Numbered from the stretch's first letter, positions 18,875 through 29,890 are shown. The stretch: 64,000 bases of DNA from Nitrosopumilus sp. (GCA_965205675.1 OZ242186.1:1600001-1664000); one strand, 5' to 3'. Notes: a model not told the origin generated them from the sequence alone. Program-made: numbers and translations.

Positions 18875-19663
18875 TTAGGAAAGGGAGTTTATTTCCAATT
18901 GATTGTGTATGGAATAGTTTTGTCTTGGATCATCAACTCTATCCATGTCTACAGTGCGAACAGAAGAACTAGTTGGAAAGTATTGAACGTTACCATTTTC
19001 ATCTGTTGAAATTACAGTGCCATATTGGTTTTCCATATTGTGTTCGTAAGAATAATTCACATTAAGGCGTTTGTTTGCTTGCATCAACCAAAATGGATCC
19101 ATCCAATCATGAGAATTTCCAACTGTTAGTAATTGATTTCCCATATATCCATCACGAAGTTTTTCCCATATTGGAGCAAATGCATGACATGTCCATAAGC
19201 CTGAATAACAATCATATCCATAACCTGATTGAAATTTTACTTCTGGTACAACATCACAGTCACTACATCTATGAGATACAAAACTGACATTAGAAATAGA
19301 ATCATCATGTTCAGATTCTTCTTCTGCCAAGTGATGTTCAGCAGCTATTTGTCTCCAATATGCTTTGTTGGTTTCATATTCTTCAACAGTTGGAATACCT
19401 AATGTACGCATTGTTTCTTTGATGTCGTCAAACTCTGCTTCTAATTCACTGATTTGTTGTTCATTAGTTATTACTTTTAACAACTCTTGAATTTGAACAC
19501 CTCTATTACCTAGTGTGTCTATTTCTTCAGTGACATTAGTTACTGGTCCAATTTTTTCTGTAAACTCTTCTTCTCCTGGTTCTTGTGCAAATGAGTTTGT
19601 CATTCCAATTGGAATTAACAAAATCAATGCCAAGAAAGGAATTGTGTATTTTATTTTGTTCAT
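18875..19663 (-). CDS. secreted protein: signal peptide, acidic coiled-coil region, Cys-containing beta-rich C-terminal domain
   Basis: MNKIKYTIPFLALILLIPIGMTNSFA|QEP; GIPTVEEYETNKAYW; HRCSDC and DCYSGLWTC. Confidence 0.8.
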   Translation of the reverse strand: MNKIKYTIPFLALILLIPIGMTNSFAQEPGEEEFTEKIGPVTNVTEEIDTLGNRGVQIQELLKVITNEQQISELEAEFDDIKETMRTLGIPTVEEYETNKAYWRQIAAEHHLAEEESEHDDSISNVSFVSHRCSDCDVVPEVKFQSGYGYDCYSGLWTCHAFAPIWEKLRDGYMGNQLLTVGNSHDWMDPFWLMQANKRLNVNYSYEHNMENQYGTVISTDENGNVQYFPTSSSVRTVDMDRVDDPRQNYSIHNQLEINSLS

Positions 19664-19912
19664 GTTATTAGATTAATAAAATTAGTCCTAGCTAATAAAA
19701 TGATCCTTGATTATTCGATCATATAATATCAGTTTAACCTAAATGGTTCTGGTAAAAAACAGTGATCAAGATCACCAAATTTTAACATCAGGGTTTGTAA
19801 CATGGCATTCTCAATCAATTCGCGCATAAAATAATCTTATATCTGGGAAAATCTATGTTGGAAGAAAAACCTAATAGACGGATCACCAAAAACTACCAGA
19901 ACCTGCAAAGAT

Positions 19913-19939
19913 GTTCACGAACTTTTGATCGTCGCTATA
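19913..19939. repeat. solo terminal repeat of the MITE at 328-463
   Basis: GTTCACGAACTTTTGATCGTCGCTATA is the exact reverse complement of 328-354. Confidence 0.75.
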
Positions 19940-20149
19940 TGTTTTTTGATTATTTCCATGAGAGTATCATATTTTCTGTCAGGTACAACTTTGTTTCCTA
20001 ATTATACAATCTAGGCTCAAAGTATCATTGAAGAAGACTTGGATCATAAATTTTCAGGCTCAAATAGTGTAATTGGGAAACAAAGTTCACTGATCAGAAA
20101 AGATATAGATAAAAAATATTAAAGAAAATACTTCAAAACTCTAGACAGG

Positions 20150-20164
20150 TACGCAAGAGGTCTA
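20150..20164 (+). repeat. solo IS5 terminal inverted repeat
   Basis: TACGCAAGAGGTCTA, identical to the right TIR of 15484-16551. Confidence 0.65.
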
Positions 20165-20391
20165 TTTGATAATAACCCTCACAACTTAAAATCTGCAAGT
20201 GAATCGGAGAATAATTGATTTACTTCGTGATTTGATGCCAAAATCAACTGAGGGAAAAATATTGTTTGGTGGTCTAATAGTTTTAGGATTGTTAGTGTTG
20301 AGTAAAAAATAATAATTTATTTATTTTCTATTAATTTTTAATGATTTTTCATGTTAAGCGTATACGTTTGACTGCTGTTAATTAGATAAAC

Positions 20392-21057
20392 CTAACCTTC
20401 ATTAAGCAATTTTTGAATCATTGAACCAATCTGTCCAGATTGCCCAAATGATACCTCTCTGAGAATTCCTTTTCTATCTACTAGTATCATTGAAGGCGTT
20501 CCCTGCAGGGCAAATTTCTCAAATGTTTCTGCTGAATATTCTTTTGATTTCATGTAATTTTTTACTCTTTCAATGATCTGATTTTTGTATTCATCAGGTT
20601 GAGAATCAAATTCAGGAATTTGTGGATAGATAAATTCCATAATTTTTTCTTGGCTTATTCCTGTTGATGTTTTTGTAAGATTGTCCATTGCTAATGGAAA
20701 TGGAATTTTAAACGATAGTTTGTTTCCTTCTTGTAATTGACCATATGATGAAAGGGCATCTTTGGTGTCTCCAATTACTTCTCCTGTTTTTGCAAGCAAT
20801 TTCAAATTGTCTAATGTATTTTTATCAAAATCCTCAAAAGCTGTTGCTAGACCTAAAACTCGAACTCCTTCATCTTTGTATTTGTTGTAAATGTTGATTG
20901 CCTCCGGAATTGCATGCATAAAACATCCTGGACAATTTACTTGAAAAACTTCTAACAATACAATGTGATCTTTTTCTTGATCAAAATTGGTTGGAGCTCC
21001 TTGTACCCATTCTGATACTCCGAAATTTGGTGCCCTTTCACCTAGCTTCACACCCAT
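20392..21057 (-). CDS. thioredoxin-fold (TlpA/AhpC-like) redoxin
   Basis: FQVNCPGC, LQGTPSMILVDRKG. Confidence 0.85.
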   Translation of the reverse strand: MGVKLGERAPNFGVSEWVQGAPTNFDQEKDHIVLLEVFQVNCPGCFMHAIPEAINIYNKYKDEGVRVLGLATAFEDFDKNTLDNLKLLAKTGEVIGDTKDALSSYGQLQEGNKLSFKIPFPLAMDNLTKTSTGISQEKIMEFIYPQIPEFDSQPDEYKNQIIERVKNYMKSKEYSAETFEKFALQGTPSMILVDRKGILREVSFGQSGQIGSMIQKLLNEG

Positions 21058-21111
21058 AATAAATTACTGAATTTTTTCCATTAAATACATACCTAAGTTG
21101 TAAGTAGAATA

Positions 21112-22205
21112 TATACCCCAGATCATAAGTCTTTTCAATTTATTGTTCTTGCAAAATACTGATACATATTCAAATTAAATTTGTGGGTTCTAAAATATTC
21201 CATAACTGTATGCCTCATTTCATGAATAGATTCATAAAATTCTGATTCAACATTAGCATGTTTGCACTGTCTCCAAATCTCTTCAATCATACTCAAATGC
21301 GGGGAGCCTCTTGGAAGATATGCCAGTTTGACATCTTTGTTTTTGTGCAGATATTCTTTTACACCATTAGCTTTGTGTTGTGGCGCTCTATCGACGATAA
21401 CAGATATTTTTCCAAATTTTCTACGAGCTGCCTCCAAATAATCCATAAATGCAATTGTGTTAAATTTTTCATACGATCTAAAAAAACTTTGATTGCCATC
21501 ATTTCCATAAACCAAAAATCTTTGGTGCGATCCTCTCCAACATACAATCATTCGTTGATGTGTATCTGTCCAGTATTTTTTACCAAGACGTACATCGTCT
21601 ACAAATACAGACTCGTCTTGGATAAATACTGTAAAACCTTTCTTTTTTGCCTTTTCTATGCGTGAAATGATGCGGTTTTTCCACTTGCGGCACGTATCCT
21701 TGGATGCTGCTCGCACATGTACCTTTTGTGGAACCTTTGGTTTTAGATTCCATTTGTGCATCAAACGACGCACATGAGTGATATGATATGTAATGCGTGT
21801 TCTGTAAAATATGAATTGTATCAGTTTTTTTGGAGTCATTCCATCTGAAATTCTCTTAAATGTACGCTCTATTTTTTGTAATTTTTTGTGTGAGATTAAT
21901 GGCGGACGGCCCGAACGAGGGAGATCCTCCAGGCCCCCCAATCCATATCTTTCAAATGAATCTATCTAATTCCTTACAGAATTATATGTACAAAACATTT
22001 GGTTGGCAGTTTCAGCAATTGTGGATTCATTGATTTTAATCTTACACATTGCATGTAATCTTGTTTTTTTGTGAATATTTTTTTCTTTTTTGTAGGCCTG
22101 GAGTAACTCGTCATTTGTGATGTCCATGAAATTATTTCTAACTACTGATCAAAAAGTATTGCTATTTGTTTTGAAAAATTGCAAAGAATTATGCTCCAAG
22201 GTATA
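21112..22205 (-). mobile_element. IS630-family element (type A), transposase with a premature TAG
   Basis: TATACC...CATAA imperfect TIRs, TA flanks; DLPRSGRPP, QDES, DRAPQH, SPHLSMIEEIW; Trp-to-stop change near 21966. Confidence 0.92.
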
Positions 22206-22470
22206 CATCAAAAGGAATGGAACAAGATACAGTCAAGAATCCGAATAAAAGTAGAACATATTATCTCTCAAATCAAAAAGTTTAGGATTAATTCTGAGAC
22301 ATTTAGGAATAGATTGTGCAGATATGATGCAATAAGTGACATCGTATGTGGAATTGTAAATTTCAAGACAAGATGGAAGCAAGAGTTTGTTGTGATTCCA
22401 TAAGATTAGAAATTATTTGAAATTAAATTCAATGAAAGATAAGATTTTGTTTGTAATTACGCAAGAGGTC
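22204..22470 (+). mobile_element. 3' remnant of the IS5 element, cut by IS630
   Basis: Matches the 3' portion of 15484-16551 up to the TIR. Confidence 0.9.
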
Positions 22471-23442
22471 TCTTCAAAAGAACTGAAATTTGATTCAATA
22501 ACTGTTGAATCAATACCCATTGATCATTCATTACCTAGAGTATTTGGATTTTTGATTCATACTTCTGAAGGTGATATTGGATACACGGCTGATATTAGAT
22601 TTCATGGAAGAAATTCTAACAATAGTCAAAATTTTGTTGATGAATGTGGTTTAGAAAATCTTGATTATCTTTTATGTGAAGGAACGAGAATTAACAAACA
22701 AGGTAGTATTACTGAATTTGATGTTGAAGATAAGGTTGCTGATATAATTGGAAATACTGAAGGTTTAGTTGTATGCACATATCCAACTAGAGATCTTGAT
22801 AGATTGCTTTCGTTTTATAATGCATCTAAAATAATGGAACGTGATTTAGTCATAGATACAAAACAAGCTTATCTGTTAAAATTATTTCAAACTACAAATG
22901 ATTGGAGACATATTTATCCTTCATCTGTAGATTCAGATATCAAAGTATTTGTTTCAAGGAAGTCTTGGGGTTTGTTGGTTCATTCTAAATATTCTATGAA
23001 TGAAATTCAATCAGATTATAAAAATTGGGAACGTGAATTTTTAGATTATTCTAATTTTGTAGATTATACGGATATTAAAAAAAACCCTAAAAAATATCTT
23101 TTTTATTGTTCTGATTTCCAATTACAGAATCTTATAGATATACAACCAGATGAAAAATCAAGTTATATTCGTTCATCCACAGAACCGTTTAACGATGAAA
23201 TGAAGATTGATCAAGAACGAATTAAAAGATGGTTAATTCATTTTGGATTAATATCAAAAAGTGGTAATTGGAACACAATTCATGTATCAGGTCATGGGCC
23301 AGGTGATCAAATTAAAAAAGTAGTTGATGAATCTAATCCTAAAACATTGATTCCAATTCATGCTGAGCATGAAGATTATTTTGACGTCTTACATAATCAT
23401 GTCCAAAAAGTTACATTGAATCAAACTCTTCAAATTAAATAA
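22471..23442 (+). pseudogene. 5'-truncated MBL/beta-CASP (RNase J-like) hydrolase
   Basis: DHS, YTADIRFHG, CEGT, HVSGH, PIHAEH present; HxHxDH missing; the ORF's first residues are IS5-derived. Confidence 0.78.
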
Positions 23443-23615
23443 TTTTTGAGGATGTGTATGGGACTTTAATAATGTATAAGATACTTTGATGCTCTTCGGG
23501 CCCATTATTTCCCATTAGTTTTAAAATGAGCAAATCAAAAATAAACTGGCTGCAATGAAGAATCAGAGTTATATCTGAATGATGATTGGAAGGCATTTGA
23601 CTGAGCTGCCAAAAC

Positions 23616-24203
23616 TTATTTGTTAATTTGTTTTTTTAATACAGTTCCATCAATTGGATTTTGTTCAAACAAAGCCTCTGTAATTTGTAAAATATTGATA
23701 ACAGAGTGCATTTTTATACCTAATTCTAATAATGCTTTATCAACACCCTCCATCCTATTTACAATAACATAAGCATCTTTAATTGTGATATTTTCTTTCA
23801 AAGATTTTACTGCATTAACAGCTGAACCTCCTGTGGTTGCAACATCATCTATCATTACAACTTTCATGCCATCATGAATTTTCCCTTCCACTGATTTTGA
23901 TGTTCCATAGTCTTTTGGCTTCTAACATGGATTAGAGGTTTGACAGTTTCAATTGCCAGTGCTGAGGCAATCACTAAACCTCCTGTTGGGACTGATACAA
24001 TTGAACCAAAATCATCCAGTCCCATATCTTGATGAATTTGATTTTCAAGATATTTTACCCTCTTTCTAAATTCAATAGGATAACTTGACACTTATCTTAA
24101 ATTCACATAATACGAACTATGCTTTCCGCTTGCCAGTGTAAAGTCACCAAATTTCATGATGTCATTTTGATGCAAAAAGGTTGCAAACTCTCACAAATTC
24201 CAT
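23616..24203 (-). pseudogene. pyrE: orotate phosphoribosyltransferase, multiply frameshifted
   Basis: Fragments KFGDFTLASGKHSSYY, SVPTGG and MIDDVATTGGS lie in different frames. Confidence 0.88.
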
Positions 24204-24244
24204 ACAAAAGTTAACTACACTGGATTTATTTTGTTTTGTATTGA

Positions 24245-25336
24245 GTGATAATTATGCCTGAAATCTGGTTAAATTATGGTATCACTGACGTTGTTTTAGA
24301 TATAAAGGCTGAAAATTTAGAGCAGAAAATTGATTCTGAAGGAAAAATCCTAGACGATACGGCGATCACTGAAAAACTAGACACTTTGGATTTGTCAAAA
24401 CCAATGGAACTTGTAGTACTACACAATTCAAAATCTATTCTAAAAATTATATCTTCTCTGTTTACACTATGTGAACAAAAATCCAAACCATTTCCAAAAA
24501 TACTAACTGACAAAAAAATTCTAAATCTAGTAAAATCCGGACTGCCTGAAGGAAGCTCAATTAACGAATTTGGAGATGTTGGTATTTCAAATTCCAATTT
24601 GGTGTTTATGGGTGAAATGGAGTTTAATGGGTTATTTGGATATGAGACTATTTGTACACGTCTTATCAAAAAATTCGGCCAAGAATCAATGCTATCTGCA
24701 TATGCCAAGAGAAAGGGAAATCTTCCTACTCCAGGCCAATATACTGAAAGTCTAACTGAAGCAAAAAAATTTGCCGATAGTTTTGAGATTCAAGGAATAG
24801 AAATCATTGCAAATTCTGAAGGAATCGTTGATTTTACAATTGATCATCCCTCAGAAACTATAACCTCTGTAAAAATTCTTGAATCTAATTCTATCAAAGA
24901 TGTTGGTCAACACAAAACGATGGTGATAAGCACTGGAAAAGATGCTAGTAATGACAATCTCGGAAATTCTTTTTCATCTCTTTGGAATTGTTCTAACGCC
25001 ATCAAAAAAGATGGTCTTGCTATTCTAATTGCTGAATGTAAAGGTGGATTGGGCTCTGATACACTACAGCAATACATTGAAGATAGATTAACAATAGAAC
25101 AATTACGAAATCCTAGCAAATACATTAACGGGATGGAAGATTTATTATTTCTTTCAGAAATTCAAAAGAATTTTCAAATAGGACTAGTATCTATTTTACC
25201 TGAATTTTATGTCAAAAAACTAAACATGGTTTCTATGCAAGGTATAAAATATTCTATGGATTACATTCTTAAAACACAAGGAGCTCGTCAGAAAGTAGCA
25301 ATAGTTACTGATGGTGCTAGATTATTGCTAAGATAG
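24245..25336 (+). CDS. LarA/DUF2088-like domain protein
   Basis: EIWLNYG N-terminus; AIKKDGLAILIAECKGGLGS. Confidence 0.65.
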   Translation: MIIMPEIWLNYGITDVVLDIKAENLEQKIDSEGKILDDTAITEKLDTLDLSKPMELVVLHNSKSILKIISSLFTLCEQKSKPFPKILTDKKILNLVKSGLPEGSSINEFGDVGISNSNLVFMGEMEFNGLFGYETICTRLIKKFGQESMLSAYAKRKGNLPTPGQYTESLTEAKKFADSFEIQGIEIIANSEGIVDFTIDHPSETITSVKILESNSIKDVGQHKTMVISTGKDASNDNLGNSFSSLWNCSNAIKKDGLAILIAECKGGLGSDTLQQYIEDRLTIEQLRNPSKYINGMEDLLFLSEIQKNFQIGLVSILPEFYVKKLNMVSMQGIKYSMDYILKTQGARQKVAIVTDGARLLLR

Positions 25337-26440
25337 TATGCCTGGTAAAAATTCTGATGGCAACGGTGCACACAAAACTGCTAATATTATAATTCCAACA
25401 TATGCTAATTTTCTATTTCTCGGAAGTGGTGAAACATCATCTAATGGAGATGCACTAGGATTTCTTCTACTCAATATGAAAATCAACATTGCCATTGGCC
25501 AAAAATTTAACAAAACAAGAACACCTAAACTTGCATATGTTGCATAAGTATGTGTTTTTGAACCCATTAGCGTTCTAGATAAATGACCTCCATCTAATTG
25601 CCATGCAGGTAATAAATTGATGAATGTAATCAGATATCCCACCCACGCCGCAAATATGAAAGGAGTCATGTATATTGTATTTCCATATAATTCTCCTTTT
25701 CCAAACATTGCTAAACTAACAGTTAGTAACAATGGCTCACCCAAACTCCAATCTCTCAATCTTGGATCATTAAATACATCCCCTGTAATTTCTTGTTCTA
25801 AAATTGGTGCAGTATATGCTCCATAAACTGAGACAATAATTGCAATTGCTAATCCTGCAATTGGGCCAGCAATAGCAACATCAAATAAAATTTCTCGATT
25901 AATGGTTAATCCTCTTGATTGAATGAATGCTCCAAATGTTGGAATGCCATATACTGGAATTCCTGGAAGGAAATAGGGCCAAGTTGTTTTTAGTTTGTGT
26001 TTTTTTGCTGCAATCATGTGACCTAGCTCATGTACTCCTAAAATTCCCATGAGTGCCAATACATAAAATAATGAAATCGATAATGGATCTCCCAACTCTA
26101 CGATCGTATTCGCTAACGATGTTTTGTAGTATCCATCAAATATAACAAATCCTATGACCACTACAAACAAAATTCTTGGTATCCATGCCGAACCCAAAAA
26201 CCTTCGTCGTTTTCTTGGAGGGAATTTCTGAACAATCACGTAGAGTTCCCCATTTTCTACCTTTTCTAATTTGGAGACATACCTCATATCCTCTAACTCC
26301 CTTGCTAAACTCTCAAATTTGGATTTGAAATCTACATCTTCAATTTTAAACTCTAATGAAAATTCAGTTTTGATAAAATCACTGACCTCAAATATAGAAT
26401 TAACTAGTGAAATAATATCTTCTTGTGAGGGATCTTCCAT
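25328..26440 (-). CDS. site-2 protease (peptidase M50)
   Basis: HELGH, AIAGP, NLLPAWQLDGG. Confidence 0.93.
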   Translation of the reverse strand: MEDPSQEDIISLVNSIFEVSDFIKTEFSLEFKIEDVDFKSKFESLARELEDMRYVSKLEKVENGELYVIVQKFPPRKRRRFLGSAWIPRILFVVVIGFVIFDGYYKTSLANTIVELGDPLSISLFYVLALMGILGVHELGHMIAAKKHKLKTTWPYFLPGIPVYGIPTFGAFIQSRGLTINREILFDVAIAGPIAGLAIAIIVSVYGAYTAPILEQEITGDVFNDPRLRDWSLGEPLLLTVSLAMFGKGELYGNTIYMTPFIFAAWVGYLITFINLLPAWQLDGGHLSRTLMGSKTHTYATYASLGVLVLLNFWPMAMLIFILSRRNPSASPLDDVSPLPRNRKLAYVGIIILAVLCAPLPSEFLPGILS

Positions 26441-26481
26441 CTCTCTTAAGATTGGATTTTTCCATTAAATGGTCTTTTCAT

Positions 26482-26642
26482 CAGTACTTTTGATGTTATT
26501 TATTTACTATAATAAACATAATAAATCAGGGTAAAATCTGCATTTGGTTATGTTGTAATATCAAAAATAATAGACAAAACAATACCTGATAAATTAAGAC
26601 CGATATTTTATGATCTAAATTGAGTTACTTTTCAATCTACTG
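26482..26642. mobile_element. degenerate MITE with CAGTA ends, related to 29478-29810
   Basis: CAGTACTT left end; right end TGATCTAAATTGAGTTACTTT...TACTG shared with 29779-29810. Confidence 0.55.
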
Positions 26643-26845
26643 AAAATCTGTTTCTTCATGACTTTAAAAGTATTTTCTGATAAATGAATGATTTTTTAAT
26701 TTTAAAAGTTCTATTGATTAAGCCATTTATTAAAATTCCAGATAGGCTCATAGTTTTAGACAAATTTGATCTTGGTTTTCATTATCTGCATTTGCAGATC
26801 TTAAAGGATTAATATTCAAAATCATAATAATTAATCACGGAAAAG

Positions 26846-27832
26846 TTGAAACCGAATCACACATTTCCAGATATTTCACGCTCAGAATACCAAGAAATCA
26901 AGGATTTTATCAATCAAAAATATAAAATTCAGATTTTAGAAAAAACCTCATCCGGACTAGAAGAGGCTTTTGATATTTTGAATGAATCCATCAAGGTTCA
27001 TTATTATACAAAAGGAAAATTGCTCTTTCAGGCCAGTCCCACAAACAAAACATATGCAAATTTGGTTTCAGACATAGATAGGAAATTTTCTTTAAATTTA
27101 CTTGAGGAGATAGAAACTTCAACTGAGATTCCTTCTGATGTGAAATATTATGTGGGATGTGATGAGTCAGGAGCGGGAGAAACCTTTGGGTCTATGTTTT
27201 TAGGATGTGTCACAATAGATGCAGATAATTTAAAAAATATTGAAGAAGTTTTTGATATCCAAAACATCAAGATGCTTGAAGAATATGAAATACTAGAAAA
27301 ATATAAGGTAATCAAAAAATTTTGTAAAATTTTTGTGAAAAAATGTATTGCATCAGAAATTGATGAAACTAGTAAAAATACACTTCTTGATAGAAAATAC
27401 AAAGAGTTGTTAAACGAGGCAACTCCTGAAAAAGAAAAGGCATGTGTGATAATTGATGATTATGGAATTCAAAGAGAATTGAAATCATTTGTAGATGATC
27501 TTCAGCGTATAGGAAATACAGTAATTGTTGTTAACAAAGCAGATGAAAAATATGCGATATGTCAGGCAGCATCAGTAATTGCAAGAAAAGAGAGATTTGC
27601 AGAAATGCGAGATATTGACAGAGAATTCAATCTGCAAGATGAATTGGGGAGAAGAGTTTTTCCAGGATCAGGTAATGCTGGAAATTCACAGACTGCTCAA
27701 TATTTAGAGACATTTATGAAACAAAATCCTGGCAAAGAACTTCCTCCATTTGTCAGAAGGAAATGGCGTAATGTACAAAAATTATTGCAAGAAAAATCAA
27801 ATCAGAAAATCTCACAATTTTTTGGAGAATGA
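26846..27832 (+). CDS. ribonuclease HII/HIII-family protein with N-terminal TBP-like domain
   Basis: VHYYTKGKLLFQ N-domain; GCDESGAGE, IIDDY, KADEKY, AASVIAR, GSGN...PPFVRRKW. Confidence 0.85.
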   Translation: MKPNHTFPDISRSEYQEIKDFINQKYKIQILEKTSSGLEEAFDILNESIKVHYYTKGKLLFQASPTNKTYANLVSDIDRKFSLNLLEEIETSTEIPSDVKYYVGCDESGAGETFGSMFLGCVTIDADNLKNIEEVFDIQNIKMLEEYEILEKYKVIKKFCKIFVKKCIASEIDETSKNTLLDRKYKELLNEATPEKEKACVIIDDYGIQRELKSFVDDLQRIGNTVIVVNKADEKYAICQAASVIARKERFAEMRDIDREFNLQDELGRRVFPGSGNAGNSQTAQYLETFMKQNPGKELPPFVRRKWRNVQKLLQEKSNQKISQFFGE

Positions 27833-28378
27833 GTCAGTTCTGCAATTCCATCCTTGTCTAGTTTTCTTGTCTGTGGATCACACCATACCTTGACGTACTT
27901 TGCTGGAATTTTTTTAAATTGATAAATGATTGAGAAATTGTATTTCTTAGCCATGGTTCTACCGTTATGTGATTTTTTTCCATGTTTGATGTTCATTTTT
28001 ATAAAAAAAGAAAAGTTGGTTAAGGTTTTTCTACAAAAAATTGTTTTGCCTTTTCAATATCTAGAGATTCTTTATCCCATTGTTTATGATATTTATCATC
28101 ATCGCCAAGATCAAAGGTAGTTTGGATTACTTGTACTTGAATAGTTCTTTCCATGTATGGAATCATTGGTGGATTTATCAAGATAAATCAAAATTTGATC
28201 TGAGGTTTATTCCAAATCAAAGGATCGGATATTTGGGTATAAACTACACACAAGTTGTTCAACTGGCAGTTCTCTTCCCAGATAATGTCTCAACTGTAGA
28301 TATTCATGACGGAGGATGTATTGTGGAATAGTCAAACCACTTGCAGAACTAGTTGAGAATGTCTTGTGTGATCTTGTA

Positions 28379-28521
28379 TAGACCTCTTGCGTAATTATAG
28401 CGATTTTTTCTCAAATTTTGTATTTTAACAGAATTCATACCTGAAAATTCAAATTTCTCAACTCATTTGAAAAATCCTGCAGCAAAATTCACGCCTAGAA
28501 ATAATTACGCAAGACGTCTTA
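28379..28521. mobile_element. ~140-bp MITE with IS5-type ends
   Basis: TAGACCTCTTGCGTAATTAT ... ATAATTACGCAAGACGTCT. Confidence 0.85.
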
Positions 28522-28820
28522 TATGATGATGGTTCACTGTACCAGTTTAACAGCAAGAAAAATCCGAGATTGATTATTCCAATGAAGTAATACAGATGTA
28601 CGCCACCAAAGAGAATCAAATCCGTAGAGTTTTACAATTCTGTAACGGGTCAAGAGTTGTACAAAGATAGGGAAATCTCAATTGGGTCACTATTTCAAGT
28701 AATCAAAGATATGTTTGATATCAGAACAGTCCCTGTAAAAGTATTATACAATACCAAATCATTTGTATTGATTTGTGTATTGGTGTATTAATTGAGTGTA
28801 CTACAACTGCGTCATTGGGG
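28522..28820 (+). pseudogene. decayed DDE transposase C-terminal remnant
   Basis: YDDGSLY...RLIIPMK*YRCTPP...GQELYKDREISIGSLFQVIKDMFDIRTVPVK, with internal stops. Confidence 0.55.
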
Positions 28821-28969
28821 TAGAGAATCCAAGGATTATAAAGAGAATGATTTGTTGTTAGAGAATATTCTAGATTAAAATTTTATTTTTGTAAATCACT
28901 ATGCCCAGATCTCAAATAAACATGATAAAAAATAACGATTAAATTTAAGAATTAATATATTTTTATCAA

Positions 28970-29044
28970 GCTCCTATAGTGTAGTCCGGTTAAGCATTTT
29001 GGCTTCTCAAGCCAAAGACTCGGGTTCAAATCCCGATGGGAGCA
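28970..29044 (+). tRNA. tRNA-Glu(CTC)
   Basis: GCTCCTA/TGGGAGC stem; TTGGC-TTCTCAA-GCCAA anticodon arm; TTCAAAT T-loop. Confidence 0.96.
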
Positions 29045-29086
29045 TTACACATATGGTTTCATACTCCCCCCCCCCTGTTCTACTAT

Positions 29087-29835
29087 CAACTCATCCCAAT
29101 ACTCTCCAACACATCAGAATTGATGCAAAATAAACAAGTCCCAGATAATTCTTGCAATTCTTTTCATTTCTTATTGCAGTTCTTGCAGAATCCACACTTG
29201 AGCCATGCAAAGAATCTCTCCATACATAACGAATCTTGTTATATTTTTTGTATGGCTTATTTTTTTTGTTGCTTCATCATTATTTTTTCTAAATGGAATA
29301 CCTAGATTGATGTTTCTGTCTCTCAAATAATTTCTGATGTATTTTGCATCATAACCTTTGTCTGCATAAACTGAAACAATTTCCCTCACCATCTACAAAA
29401 TCAAAGATGTTTTCTATTACATCAATGAATTTTGTGGAATCATTGATATTTGCAGAACCCATTACAATAGATATCCGCAGTACTTGGGAAAGTGACTATC
29501 TGACATCTTCCAAATAGTATTGGGATTTTATTCCACTAAAGAAATCAACGATGACAATCTCAAAGATGCGCTTGAGAATTTCAATTGTAATTATTGGATT
29601 TATGTGATTAATAGAACAGTTATCCCTTAACATGACATTTGCAAATGCTTGAGTTGTTGAATTTCTAATGTGTGCAAAATCAAGATTGCTATGATTCACA
29701 TTTGATGGAGAAGCACACCTCCTTCAAGCTTTTTCTATCCAAATTTTTTGTTTAACTGATGAAATAATGGTTAGTTTGTGATCTAAATTGAGTTACTTTC
29801 CCAAGTACTGTTGATGGCGTGTATTTTACTCCTAC
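29087..29835 (-). mobile_element. IS5-family (IS427/IS1031-like) transposase remnant, interrupted by a MITE
   Basis: SKIHAI | ISIVMGSANINDS, YADKGYDA, YLGLVYFASILMCWRVLG*. Confidence 0.75.
29478..29810. mobile_element. 333-bp internally deleted element with CAGT ends (ISH3/IS701-like), nested in the IS5 remnant
   Basis: CAGTACTTGGGAAAGTGACT / AGTTACTTTCCCAAGTACTG (19/20 inverted match). Confidence 0.8.
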
Positions 29836-29890
29836 GTTAGTAGAATTGTTTAAGGAATTTAAGAAAGTGATATACAAATTTCAAATATAA

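Noticed and set aside
27802-28378. Short ORFs on both strands after the RNase H gene
   Set aside because: Look like fragments of a decayed minus-strand gene; no family recognisable.
29066-29075. C10 homopolymer after tRNA-Glu as a phase-variation tract
   Set aside because: Not in a coding region or evident promoter; lies next to IS debris.
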